DNA from: Candidatus Bathyarchaeota archaeon RBG_16_48_13
GTDB lineage: Archaea; Thermoproteota; Bathyarchaeia; RBG-16-48-13
Assembly: GCA_001775995.1 (NCBI GenBank)
Contig: MEZH01000001.1
Span: forward strand, 25,460 to 89,459
Direction of reading: 5' to 3'
DNA: 64,000 nucleotides
Below, in pieces: positions 55,275 to 64,000 of this stretch. The notes beneath the pieces were generated by a model, which saw only the letters and a program-made list of their open reading frames with translations, was not told where the DNA came from and searched no databases. A program made the position numbers and the translations under genes. Each line of letters begins with the position of its first letter. Positions within the stretch are counted from its first letter, which is position 1.

Positions 55275-57404
55275 ATGGTCGATATGGTCTATATTTCGAG
55301 GGTCAGGAACATTCGAAAGCGCGATGGAAGGATAGTAGAATTTGATCAGAGCAAGATCGTCAGTGCCATATATAGAGCGGCGGCCTCGGTTGGGATAGAT
55401 AAGAAGAAACTCGCAAGAGAACTTGCAGGTAGAGTCACAGAGGAACTAAACACGAAGTTCGGCGAGCAGAAAATTCCAACTGTTGAGGATGTTCAAGATG
55501 TGGCAGAAAGGATATTGATGGAAGCAGGAGAGACTGAGATAGCTAAGTCTTACATTCTGTACAGACAGAAACGCAGAGAAATTCGGGAAACGAAAAAGGT
55601 TCTATTTGGGGTAGATGACGACCTAAAGCTATCAATCAATGCTGTTAGAGTTCTAGAAAGAAGATACTTACTGAAAGATAGCGATGGAAAGGTCGTTGAA
55701 ACTCCGAGGCAAATGTTTCTCAGAGTCGCTCAAAATGTAGCTCTAGCAGATTTGATATACAATAAAGAAGTTGATCAAAAGAAGATTGAAGATGAATTCT
55801 TCCAGATGATGGCAAATCAAGAATTCATGCCAAATTCCCCGACATTGATGAATGCCGGCACGGATCTAGGCCAACTCTCGGCATGCTTCGTGCTTCCTAT
55901 AGAGGATTCAATGGTGAGCATATTCGATGCATTGAAAGGAGCAGCGTTAATCCATAAATCCGGAGGGGGTACCGGATTCTCTTTCTCCAGACTAAGGCCG
56001 AAAGGCGACTTCGTGAAATCAACCTTCGGTGTGGCCTCAGGCCCGCTATCATTTATGCGGATCTTTGATTCGGCAACAGATGTCATAAAGCAAGGAGGCA
56101 AGAGACGCGGAGCTAACATGGGAATATTGCGAGTTGACCATCCTGACATCCTAGAATTTATTACGGCTAAAGAGCGCAACGACGTCCTGAACAATTTCAA
56201 TATTTCAGTCGCTGTGACGGATAAATTCATGGATGCGTTAAAGAATGACCAAGAGTATGACCTTAGAAATCCACGAATGAATACTATGGTCAAAAGGTTG
56301 TTGGCCAGAAAGATTTTTGACCTCATGGTTACCATGGCATGGAAAAACGGCGAGCCAGGGGTAGTTTTTATAGACCGCATAAATCGAGATAACCCGACAC
56401 CGAAGTTAGGAGAAATAGAGAGCACCAACCCCTGTGGAGAACAACCTCTCCTCCCATATGAGTCATGTAATCTCGGCTCCATAAACTTGTCAAAGGTCGC
56501 AGAAGACGAGGAGATCAATTGGAACAAGTTAAGGAGAATAATCAAGAGTGCAGTGCATTTTTTGGACAATGTAATAGATCAAAACAAGTATCCTTTGGCT
56601 GAAATAGAAAAGATGACAAAAGCGAATCGCAAAATTGGGTTGGGAGTAATGGGATTCGCAGATATGCTTGTTGCTCTTAATATATCATACAACTCTGAAG
56701 AAGCGATTAGTATAGCTGATAAGGTTATGGAGTTTATTCATCTGGAGGCAAGGAAAGCTTCAATGGAATTGGCAAAGGAACGGGGAACCTTTCCGAATTT
56801 CAAGGACAGCATATGTGAGAACTCGGGGATGCCTCTACGGAATGCCACAGTAACTACGATAGCCCCAACAGGCACTATCAGTATAATAGCGGGGTGCTCA
56901 AGTGGCATCGAACCAATATTCGCCATATCGTTCATCAGAAATATTATGGACAACACGGAAATGTTGGAGGTTTATCCACTATTTGAAGAAGTAGCAAGAA
57001 GAGAAAGGATCTACTCGGATGATTTGATGAGACAAATAGCAAAAAAAGGTTCAATTCAGATGATAGAGGAAATTCCAAAAAAGATGCGTGATGTGTTCGT
57101 CACATCACATGATATCGAGCCGGAATGGCACGTCAGAATGCAGTCAACCTTTCAAAAACATGTTGACAATGCGGTATCAAAGACCTTGAACTTACCTACT
57201 GAAGCCACAGTTCAAGATGTGGAGAGGATCTTCCTCCTAGCTTATGAATTAGGATGCAAAGGTATCACTGTTTATAGGTATGGGAGTAGAGAGTCCCAAG
57301 TTTTGAATATAGAAGCAGTCAATAAAAGGCGTTCTCTTCCAGAAGATACTGTATTACAAGCTGAACAGAAAGAATACTCAGGCGGATGTCCCAATTGTTC
57401 ATGA
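55275..57404 (+). CDS. nrdJ: Class II (adenosylcobalamin-dependent) ribonucleotide reductase with N-terminal ATP-cone
   Basis: 709 aa. ATP-cone ([16 protein letters not shown]), NPCGEQPL active site, TIAPTGT, C-terminal GGCPNC pair. GGAGG Shine-Dalgarno sequence 3 nt (one intervening codon) upstream of the start. Confidence 0.9.
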   Translation: MVDMVYISRVRNIRKRDGRIVEFDQSKIVSAIYRAAASVGIDKKKLARELAGRVTEELNTKFGEQKIPTVEDVQDVAERILMEAGETEIAKSYILYRQKRREIRETKKVLFGVDDDLKLSINAVRVLERRYLLKDSDGKVVETPRQMFLRVAQNVALADLIYNKEVDQKKIEDEFFQMMANQEFMPNSPTLMNAGTDLGQLSACFVLPIEDSMVSIFDALKGAALIHKSGGGTGFSFSRLRPKGDFVKSTFGVASGPLSFMRIFDSATDVIKQGGKRRGANMGILRVDHPDILEFITAKERNDVLNNFNISVAVTDKFMDALKNDQEYDLRNPRMNTMVKRLLARKIFDLMVTMAWKNGEPGVVFIDRINRDNPTPKLGEIESTNPCGEQPLLPYESCNLGSINLSKVAEDEEINWNKLRRIIKSAVHFLDNVIDQNKYPLAEIEKMTKANRKIGLGVMGFADMLVALNISYNSEEAISIADKVMEFIHLEARKASMELAKERGTFPNFKDSICENSGMPLRNATVTTIAPTGTISIIAGCSSGIEPIFAISFIRNIMDNTEMLEVYPLFEEVARRERIYSDDLMRQIAKKGSIQMIEEIPKKMRDVFVTSHDIEPEWHVRMQSTFQKHVDNAVSKTLNLPTEATVQDVERIFLLAYELGCKGITVYRYGSRESQVLNIEAVNKRRSLPEDTVLQAEQKEYSGGCPNCS

Positions 57405-57589
57405 TAGATTAGATCATGGCAGGCGAGGAAGTCAAGTTCTGAGTCTATTTCAATGAAGTCACTTTAGTGCAACTTATTGAAGGAATATAGAGCTCCTAAG
57501 AACTTATCAAAAACGATAGACTTAGCATCATAGTTAGACATCATTTGAAATGTGGTTTATGTAGCTAGAATATGAGATTATTGAACCCA

Positions 57590-57770
57590 AAATGGAGGCC
57601 GCCGGGGAGACTTTCCCATAGGGAACGGATCTCTCTATGCTTTGAACTCCCCCTCCCGGCTCCATTGGCCCCTTTACTGGTAAGGACAGGCCGGTACGCT
57701 GCCAGGTTCCGCGAAGACCCAAATAAGCCTTCACTACGTTACGGCGGCCACCAGGTTTTAGTGAAACCCA
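57590..57770. ncRNA. Candidate structured RNA of unknown class (RNase P P4-like motifs on the minus strand, in atypical order)
   Basis: GC-rich block of about 180 nt in an AT-rich spacer. The ends pair (GGCCGCCG/CGGCGGCC). The minus strand contains GGGAAAGUCU (CR-I-like) and GAAGGCUUAU (CR-V-like), which can pair AAGUC/GGCUU. Only junk ORFs overlap it. Confidence 0.45.
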
Positions 57771-57852
57771 GCGCATTTATCAACATTTCCTCGGAAAGGT
57801 ATAAAACATAATTATTATGGTTTAAAGGATTTGCAGCTAGATAGCAATCTGG

Positions 57853-57985
57853 GGGCCGGTAGCTCAGCCTGGTATGAATGCATGACTCAATAAAAGAGTA
57901 AGCAGTATTGGCACTCGGTTTGCAGGAATTCATAACATTCCAAAACACCGAGGGGTCGCGGGTCCAAATCCCGCCCGGTCCACCA
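57853..57985 (+). tRNA. tRNA-Ala(UGC), two introns (D stem ~34 nt; canonical ~22 nt), CCA encoded
   Basis: GGGCCGG TA GCTC AGCCTGGTAT GA[34]GC A CTCGG TTTGCA[22]A CCGAG GGGTC GCGGG TCCAAAT CCCGC CCGGTCC A CCA. The G3-U70 Ala identity pair is present. Confidence 0.85.
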
Positions 57986-58021
57986 TTGAAGAGGATTTGA
58001 ATTATCGGAATTCTACGGAGC

Positions 58022-58070
58022 ATGATGTTACAATTGCAGTTGGATGAATGATGGGTACGCGGTCCATGGA
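58022..58070 (+). ncRNA. Possible C/D-box-like sRNA (weak)
   Basis: ATGATGT-N12-TGGA-TGA-ATGATGG-N12-TGGA. Two box-like units with exact 12-nt spacers, 36 nt downstream of tRNA-Ala. The D-like boxes read UGGA rather than CUGA. Confidence 0.3.
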
Positions 58071-58299
58071 CGATATAAAAATCTGGAAGACCCAAGTTGA
58101 TTGCTTTCGAAAAGGTAGATTTCTAACGCTATCAGCAATTCAATCGTCAATATCTCTCAATTTTCCATAACATAATTTGCAAAGTCAATGGGTAGCCATG
58201 CAGCTGTAGCATACGGTTTTATTGCATCATCTGCAGGTGAATGCAGTAATCGATTTCTTACATATGGAACAGAATGTCTGCAGGATTTCACTCTTCCAT

Positions 58300-61200
58300 T
58301 CATATGAAATCTTGCAGTGTGACGACCTTCTTTTTCTCCTCTTGAAATAAAGATTCGAGATCTTCTCTTATTATGGCGATCCTTTGCTGATAATACTCAT
58401 GTAGCCCATATTTCTTTGCCATTTCTTCGGTTATTTCGATATATTTTGCTACGGCTCCTCTGTAAACAGTGAGAACCAAGTCGCCTCCGCACTTATTGCA
58501 TTTACCATTCAACGGAATTCTCCTAAACTTTGTATTACAATGCTTGCAGCGAAAGGTCTGGGTTGAAAAGGCCCTCATATTTCCAACTATATCACGTATC
58601 AAATGTGAGGTTAAAATTCTCTTTGCGACTTCCTTTACGTCAACTGCCATTATTTTCTCAGAGAGCAGAAGCTGAGCGTTCATTTTATCTTCCATGGTCT
58701 TTAGTTGTTTGTAAATACTTTCGTGGTTTCCTTGATTTATATTTGAAACCGCGTGAGTGAAAAAGTAAGACTGATATTGCGCAGAGGTTCCCAATCTATG
58801 GGACACTAAATCGATTATTTTAGAGGTACTTTTTGCATCTTTCTCTTGGATAGATCTCTGATAGAATTCTAGAGGATAAGATGATCCTACATCCATATTG
58901 TGGACTTGATCATCTACTTCGAGAGGATTAATTGTGGGTGTTATGAGTAGAGGTGCGTCCATAAGGCCGCCTATTTGTGAAGGAAGGAATAATTTGGAAA
59001 AGTTGATTAGAGCGTCCAAAAGTAGCATTATCGCATCTTCATCACCATCACAATCTCGACGCTTGGCAGCATGCCAAAGTGGATGTGCATAGCAGACATT
59101 AGCGTTTGTGAATCCAATTATTCTACCTACGATTCCTACAGAAGTATGTGGCGCGAGACCTAATACTAATTGACCTAATAGGTTTAGATGTTCGGTTGTC
59201 TCATAAAATGGTGGGAGATTGTATACCTTTTGTAGTAGCTCATTTAGGAAAATCGTGCATCTAAACAGATGGTCGAGGGCTTTGGATGGCACTATTATGT
59301 CCTGAATCATCAATTCGCATATTTGACTTGGATCGACCAGCGGTTCACCGTTCATATCATGAGTATAACCAAATTCAACAAGTCTACCTAGCGATACTCC
59401 GATCTCGGAAGGTTTGAAATGTGTCAACGGAACATTTGTCGCATCGAATCTTATCGTTCCGTCTTTGAAGACGTATAAGCCATGTTTTGATCTTAGGATG
59501 CCTTTTTCTATTATTTCGGGAGTCTTTGTCTCGCTCATCAATCCTTTGACGCCCTTCACAAGCTCTGGAGGACTTGTTTTGAGTCTCTTTACTGCATCCT
59601 CAAAGAGAAGTTTCAAATTGGTTGGTCTATTCTCATAGAATTGCCCCGGGACATTGCAGTTTGGGCATAGATCATTTTTGAGTACTCTTCCGCAAATATT
59701 GCATTTCTTTTCTTGTCTAGTCATTTCGTTGCATAAGGGGCAGACAAGTTCATGAGTGACTATTCCACATGGATCGCATTTCCGTGTTATTATGTCAACA
59801 TTTATGATACCTTTTTTTGCAGCTTCTACAACGTTTCTGTGTGGTCCTCCATTCATACCGATAGGGAAGAGAACATGTACCGGAGGGGTTGTTTCCCTTT
59901 GTTTGGCCTTCTCCGGCCGGCCCATACGCGATCCTACAAAAGTCGGTGCATTGTCCTTAACTAACCCGTTTGTGATCTTCTGAACTAGGTTGAGTCCGTT
60001 TTCGACGCCATCTGTGGATATATTTGATCTATTTAGGCCCAAGCAAAACGAAAGAATCGAGAATTCTTCGCCAAAAACTATCGTATCATCCTTTATCGTA
60101 AACTGGAAAAGTAACTTTTCTAGAATATCTGTCACTTCCTTGTTCTTTGGAAGAGTAATACCGGTCTTCAAATGCTGTAGTGTGTCAGTAGAGTCTAGCA
60201 AGTGATTCCGGAGTCTGATAAAATCAGTGAGAGTCAAGTTATTCCACATATAGGTGTAGCGGGGATGCAGAGGAACTGCCAACTCCCTTGAGAACTTCAG
60301 GGCTTCTTCGGGCGATGGATGGTAATGGGTAGGATTAGATAGAATCCTTTCGAGGTCTTGAGCAGTGAAATTCACAGATTCGGCTGCCCTTTCTAAAGAA
60401 TTATCGAATCTACGCGCTATGATATGATTGAAGTCCTTGGCCCACCACTCTTCTACATATGCTGACGGAACAAGTGGCTTATTGTTTTCTAGAAAATCTC
60501 CAAAAGGAATGAGGATATCTCCTAGGAAGAGTATCTTGTCTACGTCGCTTTTGATTTGCTTTGCCATATCTTCTGAATCTATTCTAACAACTGAGCCATC
60601 AAAAAGTTTCACAATTGGTCCTTCAATTGAGTCAACAGGCATCACTACTCCGCCTTTCCCTGGTTTCTCTAGTCTTACTTGCGTGCCAGTTGCAAGGAAG
60701 CCATCTAGAAGTATTATGGTACAAGGATGTATACCAATGGCTGATATCCCGGTATTTCTAGCTCTTCCGTACCTTAGCCGGAATCCACCGGTTCTAGAAG
60801 GAAATGAGAAGATTGGGCGGCCTGCCAGGATATCTTCCATAAACATGAATTCTTTGGATTCCTCAAGTGAAACTTCTTTAAAATCTTGGATGTGTTTGAG
60901 CCATTCCCAACCAGTGATGTTAAGTCTTTCTATTATGCTTAGTACCTTCCTAGATCTTCCAATTATGCCATCGTTTACCACACGTAAGGCTCCAGCTCGA
61001 ATCTGATTTGTCTCAATTCTACTCAGATTACGATATGATACCACTTCTATTGGATCCGTGGATACCCCAGTGACTTCAACGGGAAGGTTTTCCAATACAT
61101 TTCTCAATTCCATATCAGAAATATGATACTGGAATCTCGAAACCTCTCTTTCGTAAATCCGGATCTCTTCTAGAAATCGATTCATTTCTTCTACGCTGGG

Positions 61201-61722
61201 TTTATACTTGTCTAAACCTTGAATCTTTCTGACGTAGTCACCTATGACCAAAGTCAGTGCTTGGTCCGTGCCTCCTGCAGATCTTATTGGTCCAGCGAAA
61301 TATATTGCTAGATACCTAGTTTTGTCGAAGTTTTGTTTCACATCAATTCTAGATATGCCTTGAAGAGGGGCAACGGTTATGCCTTCGGTTAGAATAGCAA
61401 GAGCAGTTCTGATGGCCTGATCCAGTGCCTGTTTTGAGTTTGTCTGAGCAAATTTACCATAAACAATTTCCTCTGCAATTTTGAAAGCCATCTCTTCTCG
61501 TTTCATGGACTTGGACAATTCTCTAATCCGTTCTGCAGCACCCACTGGACCAACCATTTCTTCGACCATTTCAGCCATATCTCTTGCAGTATGAATCTCT
61601 GGTTCTGGAGATGGATCCAAACACTTGGCCCTAGCGCTCTTTGCGACTTCGTACAAGAACCCAAGGTTCCTATTGATATCTGAAAAGTAAGAACGGTATC
61701 TTTCGGAAAGCAATGATGGCAA
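58300..61722 (-). CDS. DNA polymerase II (PolD) large subunit DP2
   Basis: 1140 aa. RRDCDGDEDA catalytic block and several zinc modules (CPLCN..CNICG..CPNC; CKHCNTKF..CNKCGG). No intein-sized insertion. Confidence 0.95.
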   Translation of the reverse strand: MPSLLSERYRSYFSDINRNLGFLYEVAKSARAKCLDPSPEPEIHTARDMAEMVEEMVGPVGAAERIRELSKSMKREEMAFKIAEEIVYGKFAQTNSKQALDQAIRTALAILTEGITVAPLQGISRIDVKQNFDKTRYLAIYFAGPIRSAGGTDQALTLVIGDYVRKIQGLDKYKPSVEEMNRFLEEIRIYEREVSRFQYHISDMELRNVLENLPVEVTGVSTDPIEVVSYRNLSRIETNQIRAGALRVVNDGIIGRSRKVLSIIERLNITGWEWLKHIQDFKEVSLEESKEFMFMEDILAGRPIFSFPSRTGGFRLRYGRARNTGISAIGIHPCTIILLDGFLATGTQVRLEKPGKGGVVMPVDSIEGPIVKLFDGSVVRIDSEDMAKQIKSDVDKILFLGDILIPFGDFLENNKPLVPSAYVEEWWAKDFNHIIARRFDNSLERAAESVNFTAQDLERILSNPTHYHPSPEEALKFSRELAVPLHPRYTYMWNNLTLTDFIRLRNHLLDSTDTLQHLKTGITLPKNKEVTDILEKLLFQFTIKDDTIVFGEEFSILSFCLGLNRSNISTDGVENGLNLVQKITNGLVKDNAPTFVGSRMGRPEKAKQRETTPPVHVLFPIGMNGGPHRNVVEAAKKGIINVDIITRKCDPCGIVTHELVCPLCNEMTRQEKKCNICGRVLKNDLCPNCNVPGQFYENRPTNLKLLFEDAVKRLKTSPPELVKGVKGLMSETKTPEIIEKGILRSKHGLYVFKDGTIRFDATNVPLTHFKPSEIGVSLGRLVEFGYTHDMNGEPLVDPSQICELMIQDIIVPSKALDHLFRCTIFLNELLQKVYNLPPFYETTEHLNLLGQLVLGLAPHTSVGIVGRIIGFTNANVCYAHPLWHAAKRRDCDGDEDAIMLLLDALINFSKLFLPSQIGGLMDAPLLITPTINPLEVDDQVHNMDVGSSYPLEFYQRSIQEKDAKSTSKIIDLVSHRLGTSAQYQSYFFTHAVSNINQGNHESIYKQLKTMEDKMNAQLLLSEKIMAVDVKEVAKRILTSHLIRDIVGNMRAFSTQTFRCKHCNTKFRRIPLNGKCNKCGGDLVLTVYRGAVAKYIEITEEMAKKYGLHEYYQQRIAIIREDLESLFQEEKKKVVTLQDFI

Positions 61723-61757
61723 GGTTTTTTCCTCTTTATTTGGGAAGAAAAAGAAAT

Positions 61758-62069
61758 TTACTCAGAATATATTCTGCAAAAGACTATGATATTCCACTTC
61801 TGTTTTGGTCTGCTGGTAGCCTTTTGGTAAGATTGTGATGCCAGCTCCGTTCTGTGATCTGCGCAATCTCTGCATTTATTGTGTCGAGTGTCAGATGGAC
61901 CGTCGCATGAGCCGCAATTGAGGAGGAGGACTTCACCCAAGCTTCTCAAGGTTGTCCAGGCGTATTCTTGCTCTTCAAAATGCGGTTCAAAATCTGGCCA
62001 AACTTCATAGGCGTTTGGTGTGTCAAGCGATTTTTTGAGAGCCGAAAAAAAACTCTCAAATGATGTCAT
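61758..62069 (-). CDS. Small Cys/His-cluster protein (hypothetical)
   Basis: 103 aa with NCGSCDGPSDTRHNKCRDCADH. Its start overlaps the GGGPS stop by 4 nt, and it lies 36 nt upstream of the DP2 start. Confidence 0.4.
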   Translation of the reverse strand: MTSFESFFSALKKSLDTPNAYEVWPDFEPHFEEQEYAWTTLRSLGEVLLLNCGSCDGPSDTRHNKCRDCADHRTELASQSYQKATSRPKQKWNIIVFCRIYSE

Positions 62070-62848
62070 CCACTTTTTCTCCTTTCGACCGCCGAATGCA
62101 TGCCATCCACGAACTTGGAGATATTCTCTTCTGCATTTATCTCATCTTCTATGGCTGTTCCAGTTACTAGGATATCAGCACCTGCTAATACGCTTTGGAA
62201 TGCATCTTCCTTAGCTCGAATTCCACCTCCAACCACCAATCGTGATCCAGTCGCTTTTTTGACAATCTGAATCATATTTGGGGGTATTGGACTTTTTACC
62301 CCAGAACCGGCTTCTAAATATACGAAACGCATACCTAGAAACTGCGCTGCAAGAGCATACATAGCTGCGATTTCAGGCTTGTCGTAAGGGATTGGATTTG
62401 CTTGACCGATAAAGCCTGCTGCTCCACCTTCTCCTATTATGAGGTAGCCTAAGGGGATTGTCTCAAGCCCAGTCTCTTTTATTGCGGGAGCCCCCAGAGC
62501 CTGCGCCCCTATTATGAAATATGGATTAGTAGAATTTAGAAGAGACATGAACCAAATTGCATCAGCATATGGACTTATACTTGTTATGTTATTTGGAAAT
62601 ATAATCACCGGGAGCTTGACAGACCGTTTTATCGACCTAATCACATTATTCAACAGGTCGATAGAAGACAGGGTTGAGCCACCTATCATGATACCAGCTG
62701 AACCGGCCTTTTCTGCTGCAACAGATATTCGCTCGGATTTTTCCGGTGAAGCCTTCTCAGGATCCAGCAATGTAAAGTGGATGGCTCCTTCCCTAGATAT
62801 GCGCTCAGTGATTAGAGTCTCAATCACACCCATAAAAGGAGTCCTCAA
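62066..62848 (-). CDS. Geranylgeranylglyceryl phosphate synthase (PcrB/GGGPS family)
   Basis: 260 aa. IHFTLLDP, IMIGGS, YLEAGSG, VVGGGIRAKEDA..ADILVTGTAIE. Confidence 0.88.
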   Translation of the reverse strand: MRTPFMGVIETLITERISREGAIHFTLLDPEKASPEKSERISVAAEKAGSAGIMIGGSTLSSIDLLNNVIRSIKRSVKLPVIIFPNNITSISPYADAIWFMSLLNSTNPYFIIGAQALGAPAIKETGLETIPLGYLIIGEGGAAGFIGQANPIPYDKPEIAAMYALAAQFLGMRFVYLEAGSGVKSPIPPNMIQIVKKATGSRLVVGGGIRAKEDAFQSVLAGADILVTGTAIEDEINAEENISKFVDGMHSAVERRKSG

Positions 62849-62854
62849 AGGTTG

Positions 62855-63085
62855 TTACTTTCCATAGAACTTATCGATAAATCTGCAATATATGTCAACT
62901 GGTTGATCTACACGCGTTATTGTCAATTGTTCTTTTAACCCACAGCTTCCACATTGAACCGATGCACTGGTTATATCTGATGATAGCGCAACTTTTACAG
63001 ACTCTTTGCCACATTTCGGGCATAGGAAAATTTGTGGAAGCCTCTTCTTGGGTATCTTAACTACTCTTCTTTTCCGGCGTCCCAT
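62855..63085 (-). CDS. elf1: Transcription elongation factor Elf1 homolog
   Basis: 76 aa. Basic N-terminus MGRRKRRVVKIPKKR, zinc ribbon F.CPKCG..SV.V...C.SCG, then PVDIYCRFID, collinear with eukaryotic Elf1. Confidence 0.7.
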   Translation of the reverse strand: MGRRKRRVVKIPKKRLPQIFLCPKCGKESVKVALSSDITSASVQCGSCGLKEQLTITRVDQPVDIYCRFIDKFYGK

Positions 63086-63142
63086 ACAATGTCACTCATT
63101 CCAGAATGAGGAATTCTCGGGTATATTATTCTTATTGCGCTC

Positions 63143-63736
63143 ATGTTGAATCATACTCAACTCTATGTGAATCCATCCAATTTATTGGATTTCAGGTATA
63201 GTTTATATCTGTTAATACCTACGATTATACCCGCGAATACAAAAATGGCTCCACATGAGGTTATCTTAGTGTATGAAATGGAAGCTGAAATTCGTGAAAA
63301 AATGGATGACCTACTTAAAGATTCTATATTGACATTGCTGTTAAGCAGGAGTCAATTAACCCGAATACAGGCTGAGACTCTGTTTATAGAGGCATTAACG
63401 AACGATTTGGCAGAAAGAACATTAAATAGTGACGTAAAAGCTAAAATAAGGTCCAAAAATAAAGCTTTAACTAGAGGCGCCTTTAATAGGACATTAAGTC
63501 AGGCTAAATCTAATATAAGAAGGTCTATTTTCACAATTCTATTGTTAAATTATGTAGGATTGCTTCCTAGTTTGGGGCTAACCTATTTTGAGGAGGCCAC
63601 AAATAAACTCAAGGAGTACCTCGAGACATACAAAGGATTATCGAATGCCGATGTATCATCAAGTGAATATTACAAAAAGCTTAGAATATTGCGAAGCGAA
63701 CTAGAGGATCTATTTAGTCAACTGATGAAGATGTGA
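63143..63736 (+). CDS. Hypothetical protein with a possible sigma-region-4-like HTH (start probably MAPHEV at about 63245)
   Basis: LTRGAFNRTLSQAKSNIRRSI resembles the recognition helix pattern of sigma70 region 4/LuxR-type HTHs. The rest is helical and uncharacterised. Confidence 0.4.
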   Translation: MLNHTQLYVNPSNLLDFRYSLYLLIPTIIPANTKMAPHEVILVYEMEAEIREKMDDLLKDSILTLLLSRSQLTRIQAETLFIEALTNDLAERTLNSDVKAKIRSKNKALTRGAFNRTLSQAKSNIRRSIFTILLLNYVGLLPSLGLTYFEEATNKLKEYLETYKGLSNADVSSSEYYKKLRILRSELEDLFSQLMKM

Positions 63737-63750
63737 CATATTTGCGACTC

Positions 63751-63857
63751 TGTGATATCACATATTATGTGATACTCGGCCGATTTACAATTATTGTGCC
63801 TCTTTTATGAAAATCACGATAAAATCGGCGATTTCTCAAACTATGTGATATCACATG
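63751..63857. promoter_or_regulatory. Pair of palindromic operator-like sites
   Basis: TGTGATATCACA at 63751-63762 and ATGTGATATCACAT at 63844-63857 are perfect palindromes. A half-site ATGTGATAC lies at 63767-63775. All are in the spacer after the HTH-like ORF. Confidence 0.5.
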
Positions 63858-64000
63858 CTAATATTGTGCGGTATTAGCAGTGCGAGATCAAATATGGTCG
63901 TGAAGTGAAACATTCCATTCCTGACATGCTCGCGAAGTGTTTCTCAGTCTACTCGTGAAGAACATGAGATCACAACTCAATCACGTGTATATCATACGTG

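Noticed and set aside
57534-58095. Three overlapping ORFs (80, 79 and 118 aa)
   Set aside because: They lie over the GC-rich structured RNA candidate and tRNA-Ala and have Gly/Pro/Arg-rich junk composition.
58300-61722. Inteins in PolD DP2 (and in nrdJ and lhr)
   Set aside because: The protein lengths are normal and no intein-sized insertion interrupts the conserved blocks.

Overview
Archaeal chromosomal segment, moderately AT-rich by eye (GC not computed), densely packed with information-processing genes. I see no transposase, integrase, CRISPR array or recognisable defence cassette.

Protein genes: PolD large subunit, PCNA, RPA, DnaG, an Lhr helicase, a Hef/XPF nuclease, class II ribonucleotide reductase, TFS, RpoL, Elf1, Csl4, SRP54, Sec61beta, L10e and aIF5A. 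Also deoxyhypusine synthase, Dph2, Dph6, four aminoacyl-tRNA synthetase genes, GGGP synthase, an NfnAB-like oxidoreductase and two F420-type LLM oxidoreductases. Elf1 together with PolD and heavily intron-loaded tRNAs suggests a TACK-type lineage that retains PolD (Bathy-, Thaum-, Aig- or Korarchaeota-like). That placement is inference only.

RNA genes: 14 tRNA genes, 11 of them with introns (about 24 introns, up to three per gene, many at non-canonical positions), and one stand-alone 5S rRNA.

Most unusual signals:
1. A roughly 0.7 kb non-coding island next to tRNA-Arg carrying a helically phased TACC(AGTGG)/GGTACC repeat array.
2. A fossilised Hef helicase domain upstream of an intact XPF-type nuclease ORF.
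3. Two GC-rich structured intergenic RNAs of unknown class. One carries RNase P P4-like motifs in permuted order.
4. A metallophosphoesterase whose conserved N-terminus has no canonical start codon.
5. Several isolated 1-nt frameshifts in conserved genes, which may be assembly indels.

All calls come from reading the sequence and the ORF translations. No database search was run.
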